This document shows, piece by piece, positions 37,007 through 44,382 of a stretch of 64,000 bases of DNA. Below the pieces are notes generated by a model that saw nothing but the letters and a program-made list of their open reading frames with translations, was not told the origin of the DNA and made no database searches. Position 1 is the stretch's first letter, and each line of letters starts with the position of its first letter. Origin of the DNA: Clostridiales bacterium. Lineage in GTDB: Bacteria; Bacillota; Clostridia; Monoglobales; WRBX01. The stretch lies in assembly GCA_031261985.1 (NCBI GenBank), contig JAISIR010000003.1, forward strand, positions 26,924-90,923, written 5' to 3'. The position numbers and the translations under genes were made by a program.

Positions 37007-37058
37007 TGGGTATCTTTTTTGTCCAAACAACTTGTCCTGTTTGGACAAAAAAGATACC
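37007..37058. terminator. Perfect 21-bp-stem palindrome between cassettes (bidirectional terminator/insulator candidate)
   Basis: GGGTATCTTTTTTGTCCAAAC, 10 nt, GTTTGGACAAAAAAGATACCC. Half copies at 31511-31531 and 32175-32197. Confidence 0.7.
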
Positions 37059-37065
37059 CGAGAGA

Positions 37066-38616
37066 TTAAGACTCTTCGTCATCGTCAACTTCATCGAAAA
37101 TGATATTAGAATTCCCTATTAAATAATCGACGCCTTCTAATCTTTCTTTCCATTTTTGTTTATTTTCTTCGCATAATTCATCATATAACACATCGACAGC
37201 ATCAGATAAATACTCACATCCATTTTTATTATCAAATATTTCGCTTATATAAGTCCCAATATTCGCACGGTCAAAATCTAATTCTTGAAAAACATTTAAA
37301 AATTCATGTTCAGGGTGTTTTTGCCCATATTTTAACAGCCAAAAGATAAGTTCTTTTTTCGATTGTTTTATTTGTAAAAATATATTATATAGTTTTTTGG
37401 ATTTTTCGCCTCTAAATACAAGACAAGCTGTTGATTCGCTTTCTAATTCGTATGCGTAAATATTAAGTTCTGAACACAAACTATACACTAGATTATAATA
37501 CGAAAAAGCTATTTTGCCCAAAGCAGTACCAAAAGCTTTTTTAATATTCTCAGAATATTCTTCTTTATTCCCACCACCTATTTTTTCTAATAATTTAAGT
37601 TCTTTGTTTATATCATCCTGTGTGCTAAATCTGGAATATCGTGCGTCATTATAGAATTGCAGCAATACGTCAAACAGGATGTTTTCATTATCCTTAAAAT
37701 CATTTTCTGCTATTTTATTTATATAATCACGAAGTCCTGTGTGATTGTGACTCATAAGCAGTCTTCTTATTCGATCTTGCTCGCTTCTTAAATCTTTGTT
37801 TTTATAATACATTAGCTCAATTATTATTTTTTGTAATCTTTCTACTCCTTGAGCTGCGAAATACAAAGCCAAAAATGGATACTCGCATAGGTATTCTTTG
37901 TTTTGAAACAAACTTTTATCATCGGGATGGAAAAATTTAATTTTACTTATCTCTTCTATTGATTTCCAAATCATTGCTCCAGAAATTTGCAACTCCTTTC
38001 TTAAAGCAAAATTCATTTCCGATAGATCTCTATCTAAATCAACTTCTATTTTTTCATCAAAATGTTCATTTTCTTCATGAGTGTAACTACCAATACTAAT
38101 TGCATAACTTAATTTTTTTGTTGCTTCTTCAAAAACAAAATTTTCTTCTTCACCGTCGCATTCATTGTGGAAAGCTGTTATTAAGTTTTCTTTTACAGAA
38201 CAAAGAGGTATCAAATTCTTCCAAAACTGTTTCCTTTCATCTTTAGACAACATATCAACCCTTGCCATTCCTTTGTAAGCAACTAGTTTTTTATTCAAAA
38301 TGTCGTCAATTACTTTCGCTGCTTTTTCTGAAATATTTTGCAACACCCAGCAAAAAGGCCAGCCTTTTAATCCGCCCCAAGATATCGGTTGAAAATCAAT
38401 GGTGCATAAATCGTCTTTAATGAGAAATGGCGATAAGTCTCCAAATACACGCCTATCAAGAATATCACCTGCTCTTATAACTATTTCATCTGAACAATTT
38501 TTCAATTCTTCAACACTCATAATTACTTCAAAAACTTCTTCGCCATACCAACCAGTGTTGAATTTTCCACTATCAAAAATAAAAGCAATATTAAGTTGTT
38601 CATTTATATTTCCCAT
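37066..38616 (-). CDS. Large Abi-like protein with a candidate Rx4H HEPN motif, island cassette D
   Basis: ATG at 38616 after GGAAGAGGTG. Central 'RIRRLLMSHNHTG' contains RLLMSH. Otherwise unrecognised. Confidence 0.45.
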   Translation of the reverse strand: MGNINEQLNIAFIFDSGKFNTGWYGEEVFEVIMSVEELKNCSDEIVIRAGDILDRRVFGDLSPFLIKDDLCTIDFQPISWGGLKGWPFCWVLQNISEKAAKVIDDILNKKLVAYKGMARVDMLSKDERKQFWKNLIPLCSVKENLITAFHNECDGEEENFVFEEATKKLSYAISIGSYTHEENEHFDEKIEVDLDRDLSEMNFALRKELQISGAMIWKSIEEISKIKFFHPDDKSLFQNKEYLCEYPFLALYFAAQGVERLQKIIIELMYYKNKDLRSEQDRIRRLLMSHNHTGLRDYINKIAENDFKDNENILFDVLLQFYNDARYSRFSTQDDINKELKLLEKIGGGNKEEYSENIKKAFGTALGKIAFSYYNLVYSLCSELNIYAYELESESTACLVFRGEKSKKLYNIFLQIKQSKKELIFWLLKYGQKHPEHEFLNVFQELDFDRANIGTYISEIFDNKNGCEYLSDAVDVLYDELCEENKQKWKERLEGVDYLIGNSNIIFDEVDDDEES

Positions 38617-38622
38617 TGATTT

Positions 38623-38668
38623 TCACCTCTTCCATAATTATATATAATTCGTCATACAAAGTCAATAC
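38623..38668 (-). promoter_or_regulatory. Conserved island promoter+RBS module, copy 4
   Basis: Minus strand reads TTGACTTTGTATGACGAATTATATATAATTATGGAAGAGGTGA. Confidence 0.75.
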
Positions 38669-39872
38669 AAATTATCGTGATTTTGGTATAATACACCGCA
38701 TTTTATCCCAAGCTTTCATTATGAGTAAATACACTAACGAACAAAAAGAAAAAGCGTTGGAACTTTATGCTTCTGGGGTAAGTGTTGCGAGCGTTGTTAA
38801 GGAATGCAAAATCCCGCGAAGCACGGTGTATGGGTGGATTTCAGCCGAAAATCTAAACGGCAATGACGAGCTTGCGTTCACTCCGAAAAACTTTCGCATG
38901 CTTAAAACAAAGGCGGACAAGTTGGAGCAGATTGTCGCTGTGCTTAAATCGTCTGATTGCACCCTTAACGCTCCATTACACGAAAAACTTAAAGTTATCA
39001 AAAAGCTGTATGGGCAATATAGTGTGCATATTTTATGCGAGGCGTTCTCAGTTAGCCGTGGGACTTTCTATAATTATCTACTACGCAACAAAAACGAAAA
39101 CACCACTTATGCAAAGCGGCGTGAGGTTTTTAGCAAACTCGTTAAAGATGTTCACGATGAGTTTAATCAGATTTTGGGTGCAAAGAAAATCACGGCGGTA
39201 CTAAATGAGCTAGGGCACAGGACGACTGAGAAATATGTGCGAAGCATTATGCAGGATATGGGGCTTGCGAGCATTCGGCAGGGGGCAAAAGCATTTTACC
39301 ACAAGGAACAATCAAAGGCAAAAAATCATCTAAATCAAAATTTCAAGGTGGACACCCCTAACGAGGTTTGGGTTAGCGATGTTAGTTTCTTCCATTTGCA
39401 CAAGCACACATATTACATTTGCGTGATTATCGACCTTTTCGCTCGAAAAGTTGTGAGTCATAAAGTGTCGCACAAAAACAGCACACAACTTACAAAATCA
39501 ACTTTTAAGCAAGCGTATTTAACACGAAAGCCCAAAGATGGTTTGATTTTCCATACCGATCAAGGCTCAAATTATCGCTCATTCACTTTTATGAGCTATC
39601 TAAAAGAGTTAGGCGTTACGCAATCGTTTTCGAGGGCTCATATTCCTTACGATAATTCTGTTGCGGAGGCGTTCTTTTCGTCTTTGAAGCAAGAAGATCT
39701 TTATCGCCATAAGTTCAAAACCGAAAAAGATTTCCGCAAAGCCGTCGATGAATATATTGTTTTTTATAACACCAAACGCCCACATACTTATAACAAGAAT
39801 AAAACGCCTGTTAAGGTGGAGGATGAGTTTTATAGCAATAATGAGAAGAATTCACAATAACAATATAGATGT
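38669..39872 (+). mobile_element. IS3-family insertion sequence (ends approximate)
   Basis: Contains the transposase ORF and fills exactly the gap between the copy-4 module and the stop of gene 39873-41279. Terminal inverted repeats are only weakly visible. Confidence 0.55.
38721..39860 (+). CDS. IS3-family transposase (HTH + DDE/rve), single uninterrupted ORF
   Basis: HTH region 'IPRSTVYGWI'. rve core 'VWVSDVSFF...YICVIIDLFARKVV...HTDQGSNYRS...YDNSVAEAFFSSLKQE'. Start set at ATG 38721. Confidence 0.8.
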   Translation: MSKYTNEQKEKALELYASGVSVASVVKECKIPRSTVYGWISAENLNGNDELAFTPKNFRMLKTKADKLEQIVAVLKSSDCTLNAPLHEKLKVIKKLYGQYSVHILCEAFSVSRGTFYNYLLRNKNENTTYAKRREVFSKLVKDVHDEFNQILGAKKITAVLNELGHRTTEKYVRSIMQDMGLASIRQGAKAFYHKEQSKAKNHLNQNFKVDTPNEVWVSDVSFFHLHKHTYYICVIIDLFARKVVSHKVSHKNSTQLTKSTFKQAYLTRKPKDGLIFHTDQGSNYRSFTFMSYLKELGVTQSFSRAHIPYDNSVAEAFFSSLKQEDLYRHKFKTEKDFRKAVDEYIVFYNTKRPHTYNKNKTPVKVEDEFYSNNEKNSQ

Positions 39873-41279
39873 CTATTTAGGTTTTTTCTTACTGTCTTTA
39901 TTGGTTTTGAATCTATTTTTATAATTAAAATAGAACATAAGTAATTCTTCTGGTGGCAGCTCGTTAATTTGTAAGGTTCTAGCGAAACTTCTCATTTGCC
40001 GCAGTAAAGCTTGTTCCGAAGGCGGAGAGTTTCTGTATTCTTCTTTTGAAAGTTCGTATTCCATTGCTTCATAAATACATTTTGCAGTAACAGGCGGAAC
40101 CCCCTGACTTTGCTTTAATGCAGTGTTATGCCAATTGCGGCAATACTTTACCCAAACATCATTTACATTTTTTATTTCAACTAAATTGTTAAACTTTTCT
40201 AACATATCAGGCAATTTCATATTTTTAGGATTAGTGCAATAATAAACAACTTTTTCCAAATTGCCGTTTTCTAAACTTTTACAAATGCAATCAAATATGT
40301 GAGAGTCGTTTTGGGGATTCACACCTATTATAAAAAGTGCACCTTCTATATTTTCAAACTCTGAAAAATGGTAATCAGACCAACCTTGCAATTCTGGATG
40401 CTCAATTGCTATATTTGGAGTTAATTGCAAGTAATGTTCGTCTGGAAATATTGTTTTATACAAGTCGACTATTCCTCTTTTGAGATTTTCCTGTTGGGTT
40501 CCAGTGCCACCCTTTAACTTATTATAATAATTATTAGCATTTTGAAAATCTTTAGCAAATGTATATTTTTTATTCCCTGAATAGCTTAATAAGGCATTGC
40601 AAAAACAATGTTCGAAATTTAGTGGTATATAAATCGAAGCCCCATCTTGTCGTCTTGCAAAGCCAGGAATAGTATGAGGATTTTCGCTATCTGGCAAAAC
40701 AGAATAGTCTCCATGCAAGTGATAAACAGGGACTTCCGTAATTTTTTCAATATTATTATCATAATTAAGTGTGAATATTTGTTCAAATTGTTTGAAAAAT
40801 TTCTTAGCTGTCATCATCGTTTTATATGTTTCTTGTAATCTGCCGTCACAATATATCGCATCTAAAATCATGCGTTCAACACCTTGAAGTGTAGCTCGCT
40901 TTTGAGAAATAACATCTGGGTTATCAATATAGAAAAACTCAAAAACTAAAAGCCAATCTTCTATCCCAATTTGGTCTGGCTTAGAAATTGGTTCATTATA
41001 TGTTTTTTTAAACTCAGTTAAAGCACTTTTTAAATTTTTTGGTACTTTTTCATCATATTTACCATTTATCGCATTGTTAATTAGAGGAACAAAGTTGTTA
41101 AATATATTCACTATGCCATCGCCTTCAATAGCCGCCTCTGAAGTTTCGTCTGCTTTGAATAAATCATTATATAAATTTTGCTTAGCTTTTGCAATCATAC
41201 GGATAAAAATCCATTTTGAAAGAAAATCCTTACCACCAAACTCAATATTAATGCCATTGCCTACTAATAAATTCTTCAT
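39873..41279 (-). CDS. AbiH-like / SIR2-like abortive-infection candidate, island cassette E
   Basis: Start at ATG 41279 after GGAAGAGGTG. N-terminal 'LLVGNGINIEFGG' resembles the AbiH 'IIGNGFDLAHG' start, and there is an 'YHLHGDY' motif. Confidence 0.4.
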   Translation of the reverse strand: MKNLLVGNGINIEFGGKDFLSKWIFIRMIAKAKQNLYNDLFKADETSEAAIEGDGIVNIFNNFVPLINNAINGKYDEKVPKNLKSALTEFKKTYNEPISKPDQIGIEDWLLVFEFFYIDNPDVISQKRATLQGVERMILDAIYCDGRLQETYKTMMTAKKFFKQFEQIFTLNYDNNIEKITEVPVYHLHGDYSVLPDSENPHTIPGFARRQDGASIYIPLNFEHCFCNALLSYSGNKKYTFAKDFQNANNYYNKLKGGTGTQQENLKRGIVDLYKTIFPDEHYLQLTPNIAIEHPELQGWSDYHFSEFENIEGALFIIGVNPQNDSHIFDCICKSLENGNLEKVVYYCTNPKNMKLPDMLEKFNNLVEIKNVNDVWVKYCRNWHNTALKQSQGVPPVTAKCIYEAMEYELSKEEYRNSPPSEQALLRQMRSFARTLQINELPPEELLMFYFNYKNRFKTNKDSKKKPK

Positions 41280-41284
41280 TTCAA

Positions 41285-41329
41285 TCACCTCTTCCATAAT
41301 TATATATAATTCGACTTATAAAGTCAATC
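41285..41329 (-). promoter_or_regulatory. Conserved island promoter+RBS module, copy 5
   Basis: Minus strand reads TTGACTTTATAAGTCGAATTATATATAATTATGGAAGAGGTGA. Confidence 0.75.
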
Positions 41330-41588
41330 TCATAAAAACAAAACTTCGCAAAAGGGGTAAGCGAATTTTTACGGTAATAATCATCGGATTTCTAAAATCT
41401 ATTTCAGACATTTGTGTTCAAAAGTAAACTTTTTTGCGATTTAGTTCCAAAATTTTCACTGTTTTGTATAAGTGTCCGAAAGTTGTTTATAACACGGAAA
41501 GATTAAACCCCTCATTAATTCAAGCGAAAATAAAAATAGCGACTGCACTTTTGGACACGGGGGTTCAAAAGTGAGCCACTAATTCACT

Positions 41589-41662
<74 letters not shown>

Positions 41663-41665
41663 GTG

Positions 41666-41880
41666 TCGTCGCAACTGCTACGCTCAGCTATTTTTTGCCA
41701 AAAGCGCAAAAACGTCGCTTATGCTCCGAGTTGCTCCTCTTATCCCACAAAACGGAAATCGCGTTTTGCGGGAGCCCTATGCGCTTACGCGCATAGCAAC
41801 TGCTACGCTTAGCTTATTTTCACAAAAAGCGTGAAAATATCACCTTGCTCCGCGTTACCTCTCTTTATAATAATATGTAA
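41666..41880 (-). repeat. Two-unit modular hairpin repeat immediately 5' of tRNA-Cys (family U)
   Basis: On the minus strand, 41666-41784 matches 48528-48646 with about 9 differences in 119 nt by eye. Units consist of a GGGCTCCC hairpin, ATAAGAGGAGCAAC, a TTTTTGCG..GCAAAAA hairpin and AGCAGTTGC. Confidence 0.85.
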
Positions 41881-41978
41881 TAGAGAGGACTAAGATTCCT
41901 TTTAAAAAAATAGAACGGAACAAAACGCTCCACCCTAAATTATATATCGCTGCAAAAAAGTGGATATTTAGCAGCTTT

Positions 41979-42053
41979 TGGAGCGGAAGACGAGATTCGA
42001 ACTCGCGACTTTCACCTTGGCAAGGTGACACTCTACCACTGAGTCACTCCCGC
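41979..42053 (-). tRNA. tRNA-Gly (anticodon GCC)
   Basis: Reverse complement is GCGGGAGTGACTCAGTGGTAGAGTGTCACCTTGCCAAGGTGAAAGTCGCGAGTTCGAATCTCGTCTTCCGCTCCA. Confidence 0.9.
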
Positions 42054-42140
42054 ATGACCAATTGCATAAAACATTATAGCATAAAGATGATACTTTGTCA
42101 ACCCCTTTTAAAAAAATATTACCAAATTTAATTAAAAGTA

Positions 42141-42169
42141 TTGACATATTTAATATTTTGTAGTATAAT
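42141..42169 (+). promoter_or_regulatory. Sigma-A type promoter of tRNA(CAU)
   Basis: TTGACA, 17 nt, TATAAT. The spacer ...TTTTGTAG matches the tRNA-Lys promoter. Confidence 0.7.
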
Positions 42170-42184
42170 GGTTAAGGTCAATGT

Positions 42185-42261
42185 GCACCTTTAGCTCAGT
42201 TGGTTAGAGCAACCGGCTCATAACCGGTTTGTCCGGGGTTCAAGTCCCTGAAGGTGCACCA
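42185..42261 (+). tRNA. tRNA with CAU anticodon (Met, or Ile2 if lysidine-modified)
   Basis: GCACCTTTAGCTCAGTTGGTTAGAGCAACCGGCTCATAACCGGTTTGTCCGGGGTTCAAGTCCCTGAAGGTGCACCA. The Ile-like body leaves the identity ambiguous. Confidence 0.85.
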
Positions 42262-42421
42262 AAACTTTGCATGCAGCAAAGAGTTAAAAGATAAGAGAGA
42301 AAAGTTAAAAGTTAAGGAAGTTTTGCTAACGCAAACAATTAAAGGCAAAGTTTTGTACTTTTCATTTTTCTCTTTTAACTTTTCACGCTTCACTAAAAAG
42401 CTAACTTCACAAATACCTTTT
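42262..42421 (+). repeat. Structured tRNA trailer repeat, copy 2
   Basis: AAAACTTTGCATGCAGCAAAGAGTTAAAAGATAAGAGAGAAAAGT...GGCAAAGTTTTGTACTTTT, matching 6764-6908. Confidence 0.85.
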
Positions 42422-42446
42422 TCCTTGCTTATAGCAAGGATTTTTT
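42422..42446 (+). terminator. Intrinsic terminator of the tRNA(CAU) unit
   Basis: TCCTTGC / GCAAGGA followed by TTTTTT, the same stem as at 6909-6934. Confidence 0.7.
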
Positions 42447-42508
42447 ATGTTTATTACTAATCATTTATTATTCATAAATTTTTTAATTTATACATTAATT
42501 CCGCACTT

Positions 42509-42559
42509 TGTAACAATTCTGTAATATTTCTGTAACAATTTTGTAAAAAACTCTTGACA
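42509..42559 (+). promoter_or_regulatory. Four 11-bp-phased TGTAAY repeats abutting the cysS -35 box
   Basis: TGTAAC 42509, TGTAAT 42520, TGTAAC 42531, TGTAAA 42542, then TTGACA 42554-42559. Confidence 0.6.
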
Positions 42560-42812
42560 TTTTAACCTCTTTATGATATAGTATGCAATAATTAACTAGC
42601 GTTTAGCTATTTTTAGGATAAATTTTTCTTTTTGAAACAAACGAGTAAGGCAAGGCTGGCGCCTGCCGCAATGAGTTTGTGCGCAAAAAGGGGGATTTAA
42701 CTAAAAAGAGCAAATGATAGTTATTTATTGCATACTAAAGTATGCTAAATTCGATATTACAACCACTTCTATCCGCTTTAATTTTTAATATTTACAAGGG
42801 GGAGCAATGCAA

Positions 42813-44369
42813 ATGAAAATTTACAACACGTTAAAAAAGCAAAAAGAAGATTTCATCCCGCTAGAACCTGGTAAAGTTAAGATGTACGCTTGTGGTATTA
42901 CTGTGTATGACCAATGCCATATTGGCCACGCCCGACAAGCCATTGCTTACGATATGATTACAAAATATCTCCGATTTAAAGGTTTAGAAGTTAAATATGT
43001 ACGTAATTACACAGATGTTGATGATAAAATAATCGCCCGAGCAAACGACTTAGGCGTTAATGCACTAGATTATTCTGCCGATAGAATTATAGATGCAGAA
43101 GCCGATTTAAAAGCGCTAGATATTGCAGATGCCACCGTTAAACCTCAGGCATCGCAATACATACCACAAATTCAAAAATTCGTCGAAGGGTTAATCAACA
43201 AAGGTAATGCGTATGCCACCGATAATGGCGATGTATACTTTTCGGTAGATAGTTTCCCTCAATATGGCGAGCTATCTGGCATAAAATCGGACGAACTAAT
43301 AGAAGGAACGCGCAAAGATATAGAGCCAGGCAAAAGAAGCCCTAAAGACTTCGCACTTTGGAAGTCTGCCAAGCCAGGTGAGATTTCGTGGGAATCGCCT
43401 TGGGGAGAAGGCCGCCCAGGTTGGCATATAGAGTGTTCTGCCATGGCAATAGATAATTTAGGCGAAACCATTGATATCCATGGCGGCGGTCAAGATTTAG
43501 TCTTCCCGCATCACGAGAACGAAAAAGCTCAAAGCGAGGCATTAACTGGTAAGACATTTGTTAAAACCTGGACTCATAGCGGGCTTATTACCGTTGACGG
43601 TCAAAAAATGGGTAAATCGCTTGGTAACTCGGTTACAATTAAGCAAGCACTTAATGCCTACGATAAAGAAGTAATCCGCTACGCCATGCTTTCTAAGCAT
43701 TATTCGTCACCGGTAGATTATAACGACAAAGAGTTTTCTCTTGCCGAAAAGCATTTGTATTATTTTTATAATTCGTTAAAATCGGTTAAGGATTATCTTG
43801 CCAAAGCCGACGCAACTAATGCACCTACCACTAAAGAAATGATGGACATAAACAAAAAAGTCTCTCAAATCCGCGAGAATTTTATAAACGCAATGGACGA
43901 TGACTTTAATTCAGCATCGGCTTTATCACAACTATTTGCTACTTTTAAAAACGTTAATAGTGTTTTAAATTCAAAGGGAGTATCCGAAGAATATAAAGCC
44001 GAGTTCTTTAAACAATTTAACTCGACCGTTTTAGAGTTATACAAAGTGTTTGGTGTTTTGCAATATCAGCCCGAGCAATTTATCGACCAAACGCGCGAGA
44101 AATACATGAAGGGGTTAGACATAACCGTCCCCGAGATTCAGCAATCTATAGCTGAAAGAGCAACGGCAAAAGAGAATAAAGATTACGCAAAATCGGACGA
44201 AATTAGAAACAACCTAGATGCCCGAGGTATTATTTTAAAAGATACCCGAGCAGGTACCACTTGGGATATAAAAGAGCTTTATATAAGAGACTTAGCCGCG
44301 TTAGAAAAAAATGCCGAGCAAGCAAAAGAAGTAAAGCCTATTAGTGGTACAATTAAATTTAACAGATAA
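42813..44369 (+). CDS. cysS: Cysteinyl-tRNA synthetase
   Basis: 'CHIGHAR' (HIGH) and 'KMGKSLGN' (KMSKS). Start chosen at the second ATG (42813, 8 nt from GGGGGAG). The ATG at 42807 is also possible. Confidence 0.9.
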   Translation: MKIYNTLKKQKEDFIPLEPGKVKMYACGITVYDQCHIGHARQAIAYDMITKYLRFKGLEVKYVRNYTDVDDKIIARANDLGVNALDYSADRIIDAEADLKALDIADATVKPQASQYIPQIQKFVEGLINKGNAYATDNGDVYFSVDSFPQYGELSGIKSDELIEGTRKDIEPGKRSPKDFALWKSAKPGEISWESPWGEGRPGWHIECSAMAIDNLGETIDIHGGGQDLVFPHHENEKAQSEALTGKTFVKTWTHSGLITVDGQKMGKSLGNSVTIKQALNAYDKEVIRYAMLSKHYSSPVDYNDKEFSLAEKHLYYFYNSLKSVKDYLAKADATNAPTTKEMMDINKKVSQIRENFINAMDDDFNSASALSQLFATFKNVNSVLNSKGVSEEYKAEFFKQFNSTVLELYKVFGVLQYQPEQFIDQTREKYMKGLDITVPEIQQSIAERATAKENKDYAKSDEIRNNLDARGIILKDTRAGTTWDIKELYIRDLAALEKNAEQAKEVKPISGTIKFNR

Positions 44370-44382
44370 GGGGAATAATAAA

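Noticed and set aside
36837-37094. N-terminal 86 codons of ORF-track entry 35835-37094, and similar 5' extensions of 38616-39860, 39873-41297, 31594-31881, 34937-35557, 30518-31267 and 48775-49506
   Set aside because: The extensions read through recognisable promoter modules, RBSs, palindromes or a terminator. In each case an internal ATG or GTG sits 5-9 nt after a Shine-Dalgarno sequence, so the shorter start was used.
31270-41330. CRISPR array or integron interpretation of the repeated modules
   Set aside because: The repeats are 1-3 kb apart and are separated by protein-coding genes, not by 25-40-nt spacers. No cas genes, IntI integrase or attI are present, and the Y palindrome does not fit the attC R''/R' consensus.
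42560-42812. T-box riboswitch upstream of cysS
   Set aside because: A T-box is expected in Firmicutes, but I see no T-box 14-mer (AATTAGGGTGGTACCGCG-like), no specifier-loop arrangement with a UGC codon and no terminator/antiterminator pair. Only unrelated small hairpins are present.
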